Below are positions 9,321-18,419 of a stretch of DNA of 34,722 nt, one piece after another. The translations under genes and the position numbers were made by a program. Location of the stretch: positions 1 to 34,722 of the forward strand of contig CALQZW010000003.1 of assembly GCA_943350045.1 (NCBI GenBank), given 5' to 3'. Each line of letters opens with the position of its first letter. Positions within the stretch are counted from its first letter, which is position 1. A model generated the notes under the pieces. It made no database searches, was not told the origin of the DNA, and saw nothing but the letters and a program-made list of their open reading frames with translations. This stretch comes from Candidatus Nomurabacteria bacterium (GTDB taxonomy: Bacteria > Patescibacteriota > Minisyncoccia > Phycocordibacterales > UBA9973).

Positions 9321-9626
9321 CTACAAGAAGAACTGACTGACCAGCTAGCTGCTCTCCTCGATAAAATATCCTTAGACGAAATTTGAATGAAGGAAAAGAT
9401 TAAAACCGAACTCGAACAGCACTAAAGATTCAATGAATCAGTACTCGGAATGAAGAGTGCCGAGAAAATTAAAGTAAAGGAAATCGATATCCGCAACTAT
9501 GCTAAATATATACTCAGAGAGAAAAGTATATGAGAGAAACGAGAACTACTGAGCCATCTAAGGAGTAAACTAATTCTGACAAATAAAAATATAGTTCTTC
9601 AAAACTACAACTTCCATTTTATATAA
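9321..9626 (+). pseudogene. Degenerate C-terminal fragment of a CPR-type large serine recombinase
   Basis: LQEELTDQLAALLDKISLDEI*MKEKIKTELEQH*RFNESVLGM...EIDIRNYAKYILREKSI*EKRELLSHLRSKLILTNK, with stops at 9384, 9423 and 9531. Resembles recombinase C-termini I recall from Parcubacteria. Confidence 0.55.
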
Positions 9627-11920
9627 CCACACGAACATTGCTTGAATTTATCATTAGCTAAATATGTTACTTCTTTTCCACATTTTTCACATGTAAATCT
9701 AGATAATGCTTTCTCGCAAACATCAATAAGTTTTGTTGCTTCGCTTTTAACAACATCAAACTCATGTGACGCTCTGTTTCCCCAAGAAATAATCAACCGA
9801 TCTGCCTCTTTAAGCTCTTCTAATGCTTCGTTAAACGTCTCATAGTTTGTTCCATCACGTTTAATCTGAAAACCACTTGCGGCACTCATCTTTTCTAAAA
9901 ACTCATGTCCAGTTCTGCCATCATTTCGTTCTCGGTGTTTATAGGGGAGATTAACTTGCAATGATTCTGCGAGAACTGCAAAAGAAGTATCAACAATCTT
10001 TCTAGCTGTATTACCAGCAGAATCAGGATAAGTTGATAACTGATTTCTTGCATCATCGAAAGTAAATTGTTTGGCCGACAATCTAATACCTATTTCTGGA
10101 CTCTCCCATGGCATGAACGTTTTAAACTCCCAATTTTTGGGATCCAATTGTTTTCTTAAATCTATATACCAATCTCTTTCATGAGTAAAAAGAATGACCT
10201 GCCTATCGGAAAATTCTTTATCCAGTAATTCTCCGACCATACCCCTGTGATTGCGATCAAAACTTACAACAACATCGTCAAGAATAATAGGATTATTTAT
10301 ATCCTTCTTTGCCATTGCTAGAAAAATACACAGGCCAAGACTATTCCTGTGACCTTCAGATAAGGTGAGTCTAGGAGAATCCTGTTCGACACCGTAAAAT
10401 TTCAACCCGATTTCTATTGCTTTATCTATATCAGTTGGAAGATTCAACCGTACATCTTCAACTTTCTCATCAGGATGCAGTATTCCCCACATTCTTGCTA
10501 TATCAGATGATATAGCACCAATAACAGAAGAAGCTTGAGCTCTAATCTGCTCTCTATAAAGCCTCTGCAGTGTTGAAACAAACAGAATGGAATTTTCCAC
10601 TGCGTCTACCTCTTTTTTTACGATTGAACCTCTTACTACCTCCTGTATAGTTTCAAGTTTTTCTTTGTCGGAGAGCAAAGCAGCAATATCTGACAAAGGT
10701 GTTGAAACTTCTTTTCCAGCACTTTCAACTAAGGTTTTCGTATTTTTTTCAATCTCGTTTAAAGCATCATCCGGGCATGACGCTCTTATGGCTTCGATTT
10801 CCAAATTATCTATATAAGTTACTACATCTGCATCCTGCGCCAATCTCCAATCCGCGATATGTGCTTGGCCCGCTAATCTTTTTAGATTTTGGAGACTTTC
10901 ACAAAGTATACTTAATTCCACTTTATAGGCATCGAAATTTTCAACAGCTTCTTTAAGAGTCTTCTCTTCTGATTCTACATGGTGAGAAAAATCAGTTGAA
11001 TGAATAGACTTACCACACGCAGGGCAGTTTATTTCTTCTTCTCTATTCTTATCTGAATAAGCAATTGCTGCTTTCAATACAGTGAGTTTTTCTGCTATTA
11101 AAGGTTGAGCAGATTCACCAAGTTTTATAGCAGCTGCTCGGACTTTGATTATAGAAGCGTCAACTCCTAATTTAGACATTTCAAGCAATGCTGCGTATCT
11201 TTTTTGCTCTTCAGATTGTTTACCAACTTTTGCTTCTAAAGCAAATAATGTCTCTGAAAGTATTTGACCTACAGTTTCCGTGGTAACCTTTTTATTACAA
11301 TAGAGTAAAAACAAATCAACCAGAATCGTCTTAAGTTCTTCCCATTTCTGATCTCCAAATAGAACTTTTCTCTTTTGGTTAATTTTTCCAAGATCAATCC
11401 TTTTTGCATCCAAGCCAGTTGAATTTGCTAAGCTCTTCTCAATTTTTCTTAAGTTTTCAGCAGTAACTTCTAAATGGCTTAAACCTAACAACGGAAGGAG
11501 CGCGGAATATTTATCACCTTTAGTGTCGGCGATAAAATCAGCAACTTCATTCTGTCGTAAGATAGTCCTTCTGTAGTCCCAGGACTTAAGATCTGAGACC
11601 GGAGGTGTTAGTGTAAATGTTCCACTCTTTTGGATTTTTGTTTCGACTAACGACCCATCCTCTAGCGTTATTGCTATTGAACCATTCTGACTTCCAGGAG
11701 TATGAGTATTAACGATTGCTCTTTCTTGCCTCTTGCCACTGTATTCATGTGCCAAGTGATTAATTTTTCCGTCTTTAATATTGTATTCAACTGCATCAAC
11801 AAACGAAGACTTACCAGATCCGTTCTCACCATATAACACCAATGATTTGGCGTTTAACTCAAGTTCAATAGGATCAGCAGATCCTCTAAACCAGCCAATT
11901 TTGATACTTTTAATTCTCAT
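9605..11920 (-). CDS. Rad50/RloC-like ABC ATPase with coiled coil, zinc hook, HEPN-like region and C-terminal Cys4 finger
   Basis: Walker A GENGSGKS; CPACG hook; signature LSEGH; Walker B IILDDVVVSFD; H-loop LFTHER; WGNRASH; CEKC...CSCG. Confidence 0.8.
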   Translation of the reverse strand: MRIKSIKIGWFRGSADPIELELNAKSLVLYGENGSGKSSFVDAVEYNIKDGKINHLAHEYSGKRQERAIVNTHTPGSQNGSIAITLEDGSLVETKIQKSGTFTLTPPVSDLKSWDYRRTILRQNEVADFIADTKGDKYSALLPLLGLSHLEVTAENLRKIEKSLANSTGLDAKRIDLGKINQKRKVLFGDQKWEELKTILVDLFLLYCNKKVTTETVGQILSETLFALEAKVGKQSEEQKRYAALLEMSKLGVDASIIKVRAAAIKLGESAQPLIAEKLTVLKAAIAYSDKNREEEINCPACGKSIHSTDFSHHVESEEKTLKEAVENFDAYKVELSILCESLQNLKRLAGQAHIADWRLAQDADVVTYIDNLEIEAIRASCPDDALNEIEKNTKTLVESAGKEVSTPLSDIAALLSDKEKLETIQEVVRGSIVKKEVDAVENSILFVSTLQRLYREQIRAQASSVIGAISSDIARMWGILHPDEKVEDVRLNLPTDIDKAIEIGLKFYGVEQDSPRLTLSEGHRNSLGLCIFLAMAKKDINNPIILDDVVVSFDRNHRGMVGELLDKEFSDRQVILFTHERDWYIDLRKQLDPKNWEFKTFMPWESPEIGIRLSAKQFTFDDARNQLSTYPDSAGNTARKIVDTSFAVLAESLQVNLPYKHRERNDGRTGHEFLEKMSAASGFQIKRDGTNYETFNEALEELKEADRLIISWGNRASHEFDVVKSEATKLIDVCEKALSRFTCEKCGKEVTYLANDKFKQCSCGYIKWKL

Positions 11921-12113
11921 TGGTTTTTATTGGCTCCGTTAATTTTTGCAACAAATCCTCAGTCAACTGTTTTAGAGAAGAGGAGTTCAACTCCGTTTTG
12001 TTCAAATCTGAACTTAAAAAAGTACCAATCCTTAAAACAAGAGCGTCTGAGACATCTGGGTTAAGCTTTTTTCCTTCATCTATAATTTGTTCTTGTTCAG
12101 ACTTTTCGGCCAT
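11910..12113 (-). CDS. Small helical protein translationally coupled to the ATPase
   Basis: 67 aa, ATG start, overlaps the ATPase start by 11 nt. Confidence 0.7.
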   Translation of the reverse strand: MAEKSEQEQIIDEGKKLNPDVSDALVLRIGTFLSSDLNKTELNSSSLKQLTEDLLQKLTEPIKTNEN

Positions 12114-12219
12114 AACTTATCTAAGAGTCATAATGTTATAACCCGACTTTACCATATTTTGTTTGCTTTTTCTAATTTCTGTTGTCTTTTACTTTAGAAA
12201 AACTTTATCTTTTTTTCAC

Positions 12220-12253
12220 AACTAAAAAGCACTCGAATGAGCGCTTTTTAGTT
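12220..12253. terminator. Bidirectional-type intrinsic terminator near the island edge
   Basis: AACTAAAAAGC-ACTC-GAAT-GAGC-GCTTTTTAGTT. Confidence 0.75.
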
Positions 12254-12410
12254 CTTTAACAGATATGACGTGCCTAGGTCGTTAGTACCTAAAACTTGAT
12301 TGCTGCCATTCTTGGAATAGAACTCTAGTCTTTTGCCATCTCTAGTAGGAGCAGGTCCAAGGAACAGATGTAATAAAAATATTTCAGTTTGGGTTTTTCA
12401 GAGTTTGTAT

Positions 12411-12445
12411 AAAAACACCCCGAGAATATATATTATTCTCAGGGT
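12411..12445 (-). terminator. Terminator of the porin gene
   Basis: On the - strand: ACCCTGAGAATA-ATATA-TATTCTCGGGGT followed by GTTTTT. Confidence 0.6.
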
Positions 12446-12459
12446 ATTATTGTTTTCTG

Positions 12460-13452
12460 CTATACCTTCCACTGCACAAACATCCCCAAGAGCGGATTCT
12501 TTTGATACGAAACAAGAGCATCCGACGATGTGTACACTCTCCCCTCTATACGCACAGACAGATTGCTGTGCAGTTTTCGAGAGAGTCCGAGTGTTGCGTT
12601 GTAGATCGGGCTTGCAATACCCCAGACACCGGCATCGGAGAGATATTCTCCGCGCAGAGCGTAGGAATACTTTCCAGCGATTTTCTCGAGCGTACACGAG
12701 CCTGTGTGCCACGAAGTACTGCCATGTGTCCCATATCCACCGACGACGACACAGCGAACTGTGCGGGCAAGTGGTACTTCGAGCTCTGGTACAAAGAAAC
12801 TCATTGCCTTCTGTGGATCACCTCGCAAGGCTTCGTTGCCATACAACCCCGAAACACCAAACTTGTACCCTGTGCGTGGTTTCCATGCAAAGGAGAAGCC
12901 AGGAGAGAGACTGCCGTTGTTGTCGGCAATGTGTTGGAATCCGGTAAAGACTCCGAGCATGGCAGTAACTGTTCCTTTTTCATATGTCCCCGAAATGCCG
13001 GAGAGATAGTACGGAGAATAGTCGGAGGCCATGGCAAAGAGTGCAGTTGGGTTTTCAATGGACAGCGTTGAAAACGGTCCAAGAAATCCTGAGCCAAATA
13101 CTCCGGCGTTTAAACGAACATGCGGAGCGATGTCTACTGCCACTCGCGCATCATACAGATGGCGAAGGAGCTCCGGTTCGGCAGAATAGTTTTTCGTGAC
13201 GTAGGCGCCTGCTTGGAGGGCTACGACGCATTCAAAATTGCCACGGGTGGTGTCTTTGTACGAAACTCCGACAACTACATGGTTTACGGTAAATGTGTTT
13301 GCCTGGGCGTGTTGTACGGCCAGGGCGACGGCTGTGTCTTTTGCTTCTGTCGAGCGGAGATAGTACAGGTCGCCAGCGGTTTGAAGGCTGACTTGTGCAT
13401 CTACCAGCGCAGGAGAAAGAAGGCACAGGAGGAGTGTGAGTGGTTTTGTCAT
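12460..13452 (-). CDS. Outer-membrane beta-barrel protein (BBP2/DUF1597 porin-like)
   Basis: Signal peptide MTKPLTLLLCLLSPALVDA; LQAGAYVTKNYSAEP, SPYYLSG, ALRGEYLSD, VRIEGR and terminal strand GMFVQWKV match the BBP2 pattern as I recall it. Confidence 0.75.
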   Translation of the reverse strand: MTKPLTLLLCLLSPALVDAQVSLQTAGDLYYLRSTEAKDTAVALAVQHAQANTFTVNHVVVGVSYKDTTRGNFECVVALQAGAYVTKNYSAEPELLRHLYDARVAVDIAPHVRLNAGVFGSGFLGPFSTLSIENPTALFAMASDYSPYYLSGISGTYEKGTVTAMLGVFTGFQHIADNNGSLSPGFSFAWKPRTGYKFGVSGLYGNEALRGDPQKAMSFFVPELEVPLARTVRCVVVGGYGTHGSTSWHTGSCTLEKIAGKYSYALRGEYLSDAGVWGIASPIYNATLGLSRKLHSNLSVRIEGRVYTSSDALVSYQKNPLLGMFVQWKV

Positions 13453-13556
13453 AGAACGATTTTTTCTATGTATCCCATTTCCGCACCGAAATGTCAAAAA
13501 TAGTGAGTACAGCATACGCAAATATGGTAGTTTTCCACAGAGATGTATGGGGAAAC

Positions 13557-13625
13557 TTGAACATTATAATCAAATTATGCTATAATGTTTCTAGTTATTC
13601 CTAAAAATCGGAATAACTAGAAACA
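13557..13625 (+). promoter_or_regulatory. abiE promoter and operator palindrome
   Basis: TTGAAC (13557) / TGcTATAAT (-10 at 13581-13586); perfect 16-bp inverted repeat TGTTTCTAGTTATTCC-N8-GGAATAACTAGAAACA (13586-13625). Confidence 0.85.
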
Positions 13626-13626
13626 A

Positions 13627-14247
13627 ATGCAATATTTAGAGCTTAAAACCAAATTACGAGATTTCACTGTCTTTTCGATTAGTGACATAGAAAAAGTCGA
13701 CTCTTCGTTCCACAAGCAACGATTAAGTGAATGGCAGAAAAAGGACTATGTAAAAAAGATTTGTAACGGATACTATGTTTTTTCTGACGTTGAAATAAAC
13801 GAACCTGCCTTGTATGCCATTGCAAATAGAATATATGAACCGTCGTATATTTCTTTAGAGATGGCATTGTCTCTATACGGCATCATTCCCGAGGCGGTCT
13901 ATAGTGTCACTTCTGTCACCTCTCGAAAGACAAAAAACGTACACAGTCCGGTAGGAAGTTTTATCTATCGAAAAATACGTCCGGAGTATTTATTTGGATA
14001 CAGTATTCGTGAACATGGTGGGCTCTCCTATAAAATTGCCGATCTTGAAAAAGCTCTTCTTGACTATTTGTATTTAAATCCAAAAATAAACGACAGTGAT
14101 TCATTTGAAGGTGTTCGTTTTTCTGTTTCTGAATTGAAAGAAAAATTAAATAGAGAAAAGTTTACCAACTACTTGCAAGCTTTTGCAAATAAAGCACTCG
14201 AGCGTCGAGCAAGGAAATTTTTATCCTACCTAAACAACAATGCTTAG
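13627..14247 (+). CDS. abiEi: Type IV TA antitoxin, AbiEi family
   Basis: wHTH-like N-terminus; PSYISLEMALSLYGIIPE, IADLEKALLDYLY; overlaps the toxin gene. Confidence 0.88.
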   Translation: MQYLELKTKLRDFTVFSISDIEKVDSSFHKQRLSEWQKKDYVKKICNGYYVFSDVEINEPALYAIANRIYEPSYISLEMALSLYGIIPEAVYSVTSVTSRKTKNVHSPVGSFIYRKIRPEYLFGYSIREHGGLSYKIADLEKALLDYLYLNPKINDSDSFEGVRFSVSELKEKLNREKFTNYLQAFANKALERRARKFLSYLNNNA

Positions 14248-15016
14248 TCTACAAAACATTGAACAATACTATCCTAATAATCAAAAACCATTTAAACGAA
14301 ATATTTTACGGGAGTACTTACAATACAAGATTCTTGAAATCATCTTTAATTCTTCGTATGCACAAGATGTAATCTTTCTTGGTGGTACGGCTCTTCGTAT
14401 TGTATACAACAACAGTCGATTTTCGGAAGATCTTGATTTTGATAATTTCAATCTTACCGAAGAACAATTTGCTGATTTAGCTAATGAGGTAAAGAAGGGT
14501 CTTGAGTTACAAGGATACGAAGTAGAAATTAAGAACGTGTTCAAGGGAGCATATCGCTCGTATATTCGAATGCCGAAAGTATTATTTGAGAACAACATGT
14601 CGGATATGCAGGAAGAAAAAATACTCATTCAGATTGATACAGTCCCCCATGTATTTGATTATGCGAAAGATACAAAAATTCTGAGCAAGTTTGACGTGTT
14701 TACTCAAATATTTACTACCCCTATTGATATTCTGCTATCTCAAAAGATATACGCAGCACTCAATAGAAAAAGAGCTAAAGGACGCGATTTCTTTGACATA
14801 GTTTTCCTGATTCCACAAACTAAACCAAACTACGACTATCTAAAAGCGAAATTAAACATTGGGAACGCAAAAGAACTAAAGGATGAACTTCTTAAACAGA
14901 CAGCTGAACTTGATTTTACCGAGCTTGCAAAAGACATCGAACCTTTCCTGATTAATTTTGAGGATAGTAAGAAGGTAAGACTTTTTAGAGAATATATCGA
15001 GTCAGTAGAATTCTAA
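14240..15016 (+). CDS. abiEii: Type IV TA toxin, AbiEii nucleotidyltransferase
   Basis: FLGGTALR, RFSEDLDF, KIYAALNR, KGRDFFD. Confidence 0.92.
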   Translation: MLSLQNIEQYYPNNQKPFKRNILREYLQYKILEIIFNSSYAQDVIFLGGTALRIVYNNSRFSEDLDFDNFNLTEEQFADLANEVKKGLELQGYEVEIKNVFKGAYRSYIRMPKVLFENNMSDMQEEKILIQIDTVPHVFDYAKDTKILSKFDVFTQIFTTPIDILLSQKIYAALNRKRAKGRDFFDIVFLIPQTKPNYDYLKAKLNIGNAKELKDELLKQTAELDFTELAKDIEPFLINFEDSKKVRLFREYIESVEF

Positions 15017-15032
15017 CCCTATTCTGAATGTC

Positions 15033-15060
15033 AAAAAAAACGGCGAGTATGTACTCGCCG
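15033..15060 (-). terminator. Intrinsic terminator between convergent genes
   Basis: CGGCGAGTA-TG-TACTCGCCG with A8 on the + strand (U8 on the - strand). Confidence 0.8.
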
Positions 15061-15079
15061 GTTAATATGTTTTCCATCG

Positions 15080-15574
15080 CTATTCCGATGGAGGGTCTGG
15101 GACCATGTCTTCAACTCTAAGAATTTCCTGCCGTATTCGCTCGGTAATTGCTTGCCAAGTCAGTGCCTCACCAAGATACCCACTGAGTGAATATGTGGTA
15201 TTTTCTATACCGTATTCATCATCACATTCAAAGTCTGTAATGCAGAATGCTTTTTTCCCATAGCAGAACAAATAAATGTTCTCTAACGGAAAATCTGCAT
15301 GGACTTCTCCTGGGACAGAGTTCCACAGGAGCATAAAAGCAACATTTGTAGACAATGGCCAACCATCGAGAACAATGGACTCTTTTCGTCCGAGTTGTTC
15401 GATAACCTTCTCCTTGTACAGATCCAAGAGTCCTTGATTAACATCTCGGTAGACTCTGATTCTTGGAGAGAGATTTTTTAAATAGTCTACCCACCTGAGA
15501 CGATTTGCTTCGTCTTTTTGTGCAATCGTTTCCAGAGCTGGTGGTTCTGGTACTAATGATTCGTCGTTTTCCAT
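15080..15574 (-). CDS. Hypothetical protein
   Basis: 164-aa ORF, ATG start, co-oriented with its neighbour and followed by a terminator; no motif recognised. Confidence 0.65.
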   Translation of the reverse strand: MENDESLVPEPPALETIAQKDEANRLRWVDYLKNLSPRIRVYRDVNQGLLDLYKEKVIEQLGRKESIVLDGWPLSTNVAFMLLWNSVPGEVHADFPLENIYLFCYGKKAFCITDFECDDEYGIENTTYSLSGYLGEALTWQAITERIRQEILRVEDMVPDPPSE

Positions 15575-15610
15575 TACGTGAGTTTTTTTGTGAAAAAAAA
15601 TATTTTGGTA

Positions 15611-16111
15611 CTACTTACTTTTTTTTGCTGTTCGTGGGACCACGACACGCAGAGCGTATTTACTACTCCACGAAATGGGACTATCGAACGGATGCCTCGA
15701 AACGCTCAGACCCAATGGGTAATTGTAAATCAAAGCAACCCGATACTGGCCCGCTCTCTTGTACAAGAAGAATGTCGCATTACCGCCCGGCTTTAGCCAT
15801 GGCGTGTACCATTCTGCGAATAACATAATTTGTGCCTGTGTTAGACACAACTCATCCAGATTGCTTGATATCGAACTAAAAATTGCTCGAAAATCACCAT
15901 CCGTACGTAATTCATAGACGTCATGTATCTGCTGACTTGTAGGCAGAGCAGAAGCGTCTGTATCATCGATTTCCGTATCTTCATCGAGGCCCATCGGAAA
16001 AAGATGTGTACTGTTTTCAAATGTATCTTTCCCATCGGAAGAAGGGATCAATAACATGTGGTCTTTAGTGAGCAGCTGTAAATACGCTGTTTCCAAAATG
16101 CTTGCTTTCAT
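15611..16111 (-). CDS. CPR hypothetical protein with a DGR-target-like C-terminus
   Basis: VYELRTDGDFRAIF...LDELCLTQAQI..F...WL..GG.ATFFL...W....ALRVVVP. Confidence 0.6.
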   Translation of the reverse strand: MKASILETAYLQLLTKDHMLLIPSSDGKDTFENSTHLFPMGLDEDTEIDDTDASALPTSQQIHDVYELRTDGDFRAIFSSISSNLDELCLTQAQIMLFAEWYTPWLKPGGNATFFLYKRAGQYRVALIYNYPLGLSVSRHPFDSPISWSSKYALRVVVPRTAKKSK

Positions 16112-16176
16112 ATTCTATGTTTTTAAGTTTTAAAGAATGAATATTGATATATAACAACATTTAGCGAGTAAAGTCA

Positions 16177-16209
16177 ATAAAACCACAGAATGACATTCTG
16201 TGGTTTTAT
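16177..16209. terminator. Near-perfect 33-bp palindrome, probable terminator of the 16227-16535 gene
   Basis: ATAAAACCACAGAATG-A-CATTCTGTGGTTTTAT. Confidence 0.75.
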
Positions 16210-16226
16210 AGTGCGCATATAGCAAT

Positions 16227-16535
16227 TTATTTCGCCCCCATCATGAGCTCCATCAGCGGAGCGAGCTCTTCACGATATTTTGCAATATCTGATTTGTACT
16301 TTGTCATAACGGCAACCATTGCGTATTGCTCTGGCATTCCAGACTTTGTCTTTTCTTCCATTTCTTTCTGGATTTTCTCGAACAACTCCTTTACTTCTTT
16401 GTTATCCTGCAAGACCTTCAATTTCTCAGCGAGTGCTGGATTTGCAGAGAGTTTCTCTGCAATCATTTCTGCCTGGTCTTTCGATACTCCCTTTGCTTGC
16501 AATGCCTTTTTTATCAAGAATGATTTTATACCCAT
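16227..16535 (-). CDS. Small helical conserved hypothetical protein (CPR type)
   Basis: 102 aa, Lys/Glu/Met-rich; TATACT box 6 nt before the ATG. Confidence 0.8.
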   Translation of the reverse strand: MGIKSFLIKKALQAKGVSKDQAEMIAEKLSANPALAEKLKVLQDNKEVKELFEKIQKEMEEKTKSGMPEQYAMVAVMTKYKSDIAKYREELAPLMELMMGAK

Positions 16536-16590
16536 ATGCCGAGTATAGTGTATTCCACTCTCAGTATCAAGTGTTGTATACTATTAGAAC

Positions 16591-17826
16591 ATGCCGACAG
16601 TAGCGCCACAGAAAGAGCCGACTCGCATCCTCATTGTAGGAGGTGGATTTGGAGGCGTTCGTACTGCTCTAAACCTCCGCAAGCAAAACTTGCCGAATGT
16701 AAAAATAACTCTCCTCTCTGACAGGCACCACTTTGAATACACTCCGGCGTACTACAAAATAGCAGCGGGTACGTCGCCGATGGAGACCTGTATTCCCCTC
16801 TCCGATATTTTTCCTGACCGTAGCGTTGAAGTAATCGTCGACACCGTTGTCGCCGGCGATACAAAAGAACATGTTATTTTCGGAGCAAGTGGTTCCCGCT
16901 ATCGCTACGACTACCTTGTACTCGCACTTGGAAGCGAAACTGCATATTTTAATATTCCTGGAATTAAGGAGCACTCGTATTCTATTAAAACAATCGACGA
17001 GGCGCTTCGCTTGAAGGCGCACGTGCATGAAGTGTTCAATTCCCATCACGGAATGTCTGTGTTTGAACTGATGTCGCAGTTTCAGTTCGTCATCATCGGT
17101 GGCGGACCTGCAGGAGTTGAGCTTGCCGGAGTCTTGCGTGCATATCTGCGCACGCTGGCTCGTATACACGAAGTCCCAGAGCGCTTTGTGACAGTGAATC
17201 TCCTCCAAGGTGCTCCACGTCTTTTGCCGACGATGAACGAAGAAGTTTCTCGCCGAGCGCTCAAGCGACTCGACTCGCTCGGTATCAACATCATTCTCGG
17301 AAAGGCAGTGGCTGGCGAAGACGCTATTGGCGTATACCTCAAAGATATCGGCTTCTCTGCTCGCACAATTATTTGGACCGCCGGAGTAAAGGCAACGAGT
17401 GTGTATGAAAAAATTACCGGACTCACCCTTGAGAAAAATGGCCGTATCGTAGTAAACGAATCCATGATGGCCGTTGGCGTGCGTGACGTCTTCGTTCTCG
17501 GCGACAGTGCAAGCACTCCGTTTGCCGGAACTGCGCAGACTGCTATTTACGATGGCCACTATATCGCCTCAGCGCTCACGTCCCGCCTCCGCCGAATGAA
17601 TCTGCCGAAGTACAGTCCAAAGCCAACTCCGTACGTAATTCCTGTTGGAAACAATTGGGCGATTTTTACTTTCAAAAATATTACGCTCTCGGGCCGAATC
17701 TTTTTCTGGCTCCGCGAGATCATCGACCTACGCTTTTTCATGAGCATCTTGCCGTTTAAAAAGGCATGGTTTGCATGGCGTAGTGGCGGGACGCAAGTTG
17801 AGTCATGCCCAAATTGTAAACACTAA
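16591..17826 (+). CDS. ndh: Type II NADH dehydrogenase-like FAD/NAD(P) oxidoreductase
   Basis: ILIVGGGFGG, YDYLVLALGS, IIGGGPAGVELAG, IWTAGV, FVLGD. Confidence 0.9.
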   Translation: MPTVAPQKEPTRILIVGGGFGGVRTALNLRKQNLPNVKITLLSDRHHFEYTPAYYKIAAGTSPMETCIPLSDIFPDRSVEVIVDTVVAGDTKEHVIFGASGSRYRYDYLVLALGSETAYFNIPGIKEHSYSIKTIDEALRLKAHVHEVFNSHHGMSVFELMSQFQFVIIGGGPAGVELAGVLRAYLRTLARIHEVPERFVTVNLLQGAPRLLPTMNEEVSRRALKRLDSLGINIILGKAVAGEDAIGVYLKDIGFSARTIIWTAGVKATSVYEKITGLTLEKNGRIVVNESMMAVGVRDVFVLGDSASTPFAGTAQTAIYDGHYIASALTSRLRRMNLPKYSPKPTPYVIPVGNNWAIFTFKNITLSGRIFFWLREIIDLRFFMSILPFKKAWFAWRSGGTQVESCPNCKH

Positions 17827-18413
17827 AGAGTCCGTGCGATTTTTTTGAGCAGCGCAGGAATTTTTTTGAAGTCTTCGACAAGTACTGCCCGAAGACTTCT
17901 GTTATATATACTGCTCGCCGGATGGTACAGCGGGAGAAAATGACGTGTCGGAATATGTGGGAGGTCGGCAGTGAATAGCTGGCCGTGCACATCGGATATC
18001 TTCATCTCGGGAAAGAAATGATTGAGACTGTGTCGCCCTAAAAATACAATGAGTTTTGGCTGTATGTATGAAAGTTCAGCAGAGAGCCACGCCGAACAAT
18101 CCGCCTTTTCTTTTAGGAGCGGATCGCGATTGTTTGGCGGACGATATTTTACAATGTTCGTAATATACACCTGCTCACGCGAGAGTTTAATACTTTCAAG
18201 AAGCTCTGTGAGGATTTTACCAGCACTGCCGATGAACGGCTTTCCTTCCTTGTCTTCTTTCGCTCCGGGTGCTTCTCCGATGAATACAATATCGGCGTTT
18301 GCTGAGCCATGCCCAAAAACCGCCTGTGTCGCAAGCGTTTTTAGGTCACACTGACAGATTTCGGCCTGAGCTGTCTGTAGGTGAAAAAGTTCCTCTGCCG
18401 TATTCACGGACAC
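17823..18413 (-). CDS. udg: Uracil-DNA glycosylase, family 4
   Basis: [35 protein letters not shown]. Confidence 0.93.
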   Translation of the reverse strand: MSVNTAEELFHLQTAQAEICQCDLKTLATQAVFGHGSANADIVFIGEAPGAKEDKEGKPFIGSAGKILTELLESIKLSREQVYITNIVKYRPPNNRDPLLKEKADCSAWLSAELSYIQPKLIVFLGRHSLNHFFPEMKISDVHGQLFTADLPHIPTRHFLPLYHPASSIYNRSLRAVLVEDFKKIPALLKKIARTL

Positions 18414-18419
18414 AGTATA

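Noticed and set aside
9384-9533. In-frame TGA codons suggesting genetic code 25 (TGA=Gly)
   Set aside because: A TAA also interrupts the same frame, and the long intact genes in the window read through without needing TGA recoding; pseudogene decay is simpler.
12250-12400. Short - strand open frame (…LHLFLGPAPTRDGKRLEFYSKNGSNQ…)
   Set aside because: No convincing start codon or recognisable motif; it may be a gene remnant but cannot be supported.
15080-16226. Complete DGR cassette
   Set aside because: No reverse transcriptase and no TR/VR repeat pair was seen in the window.
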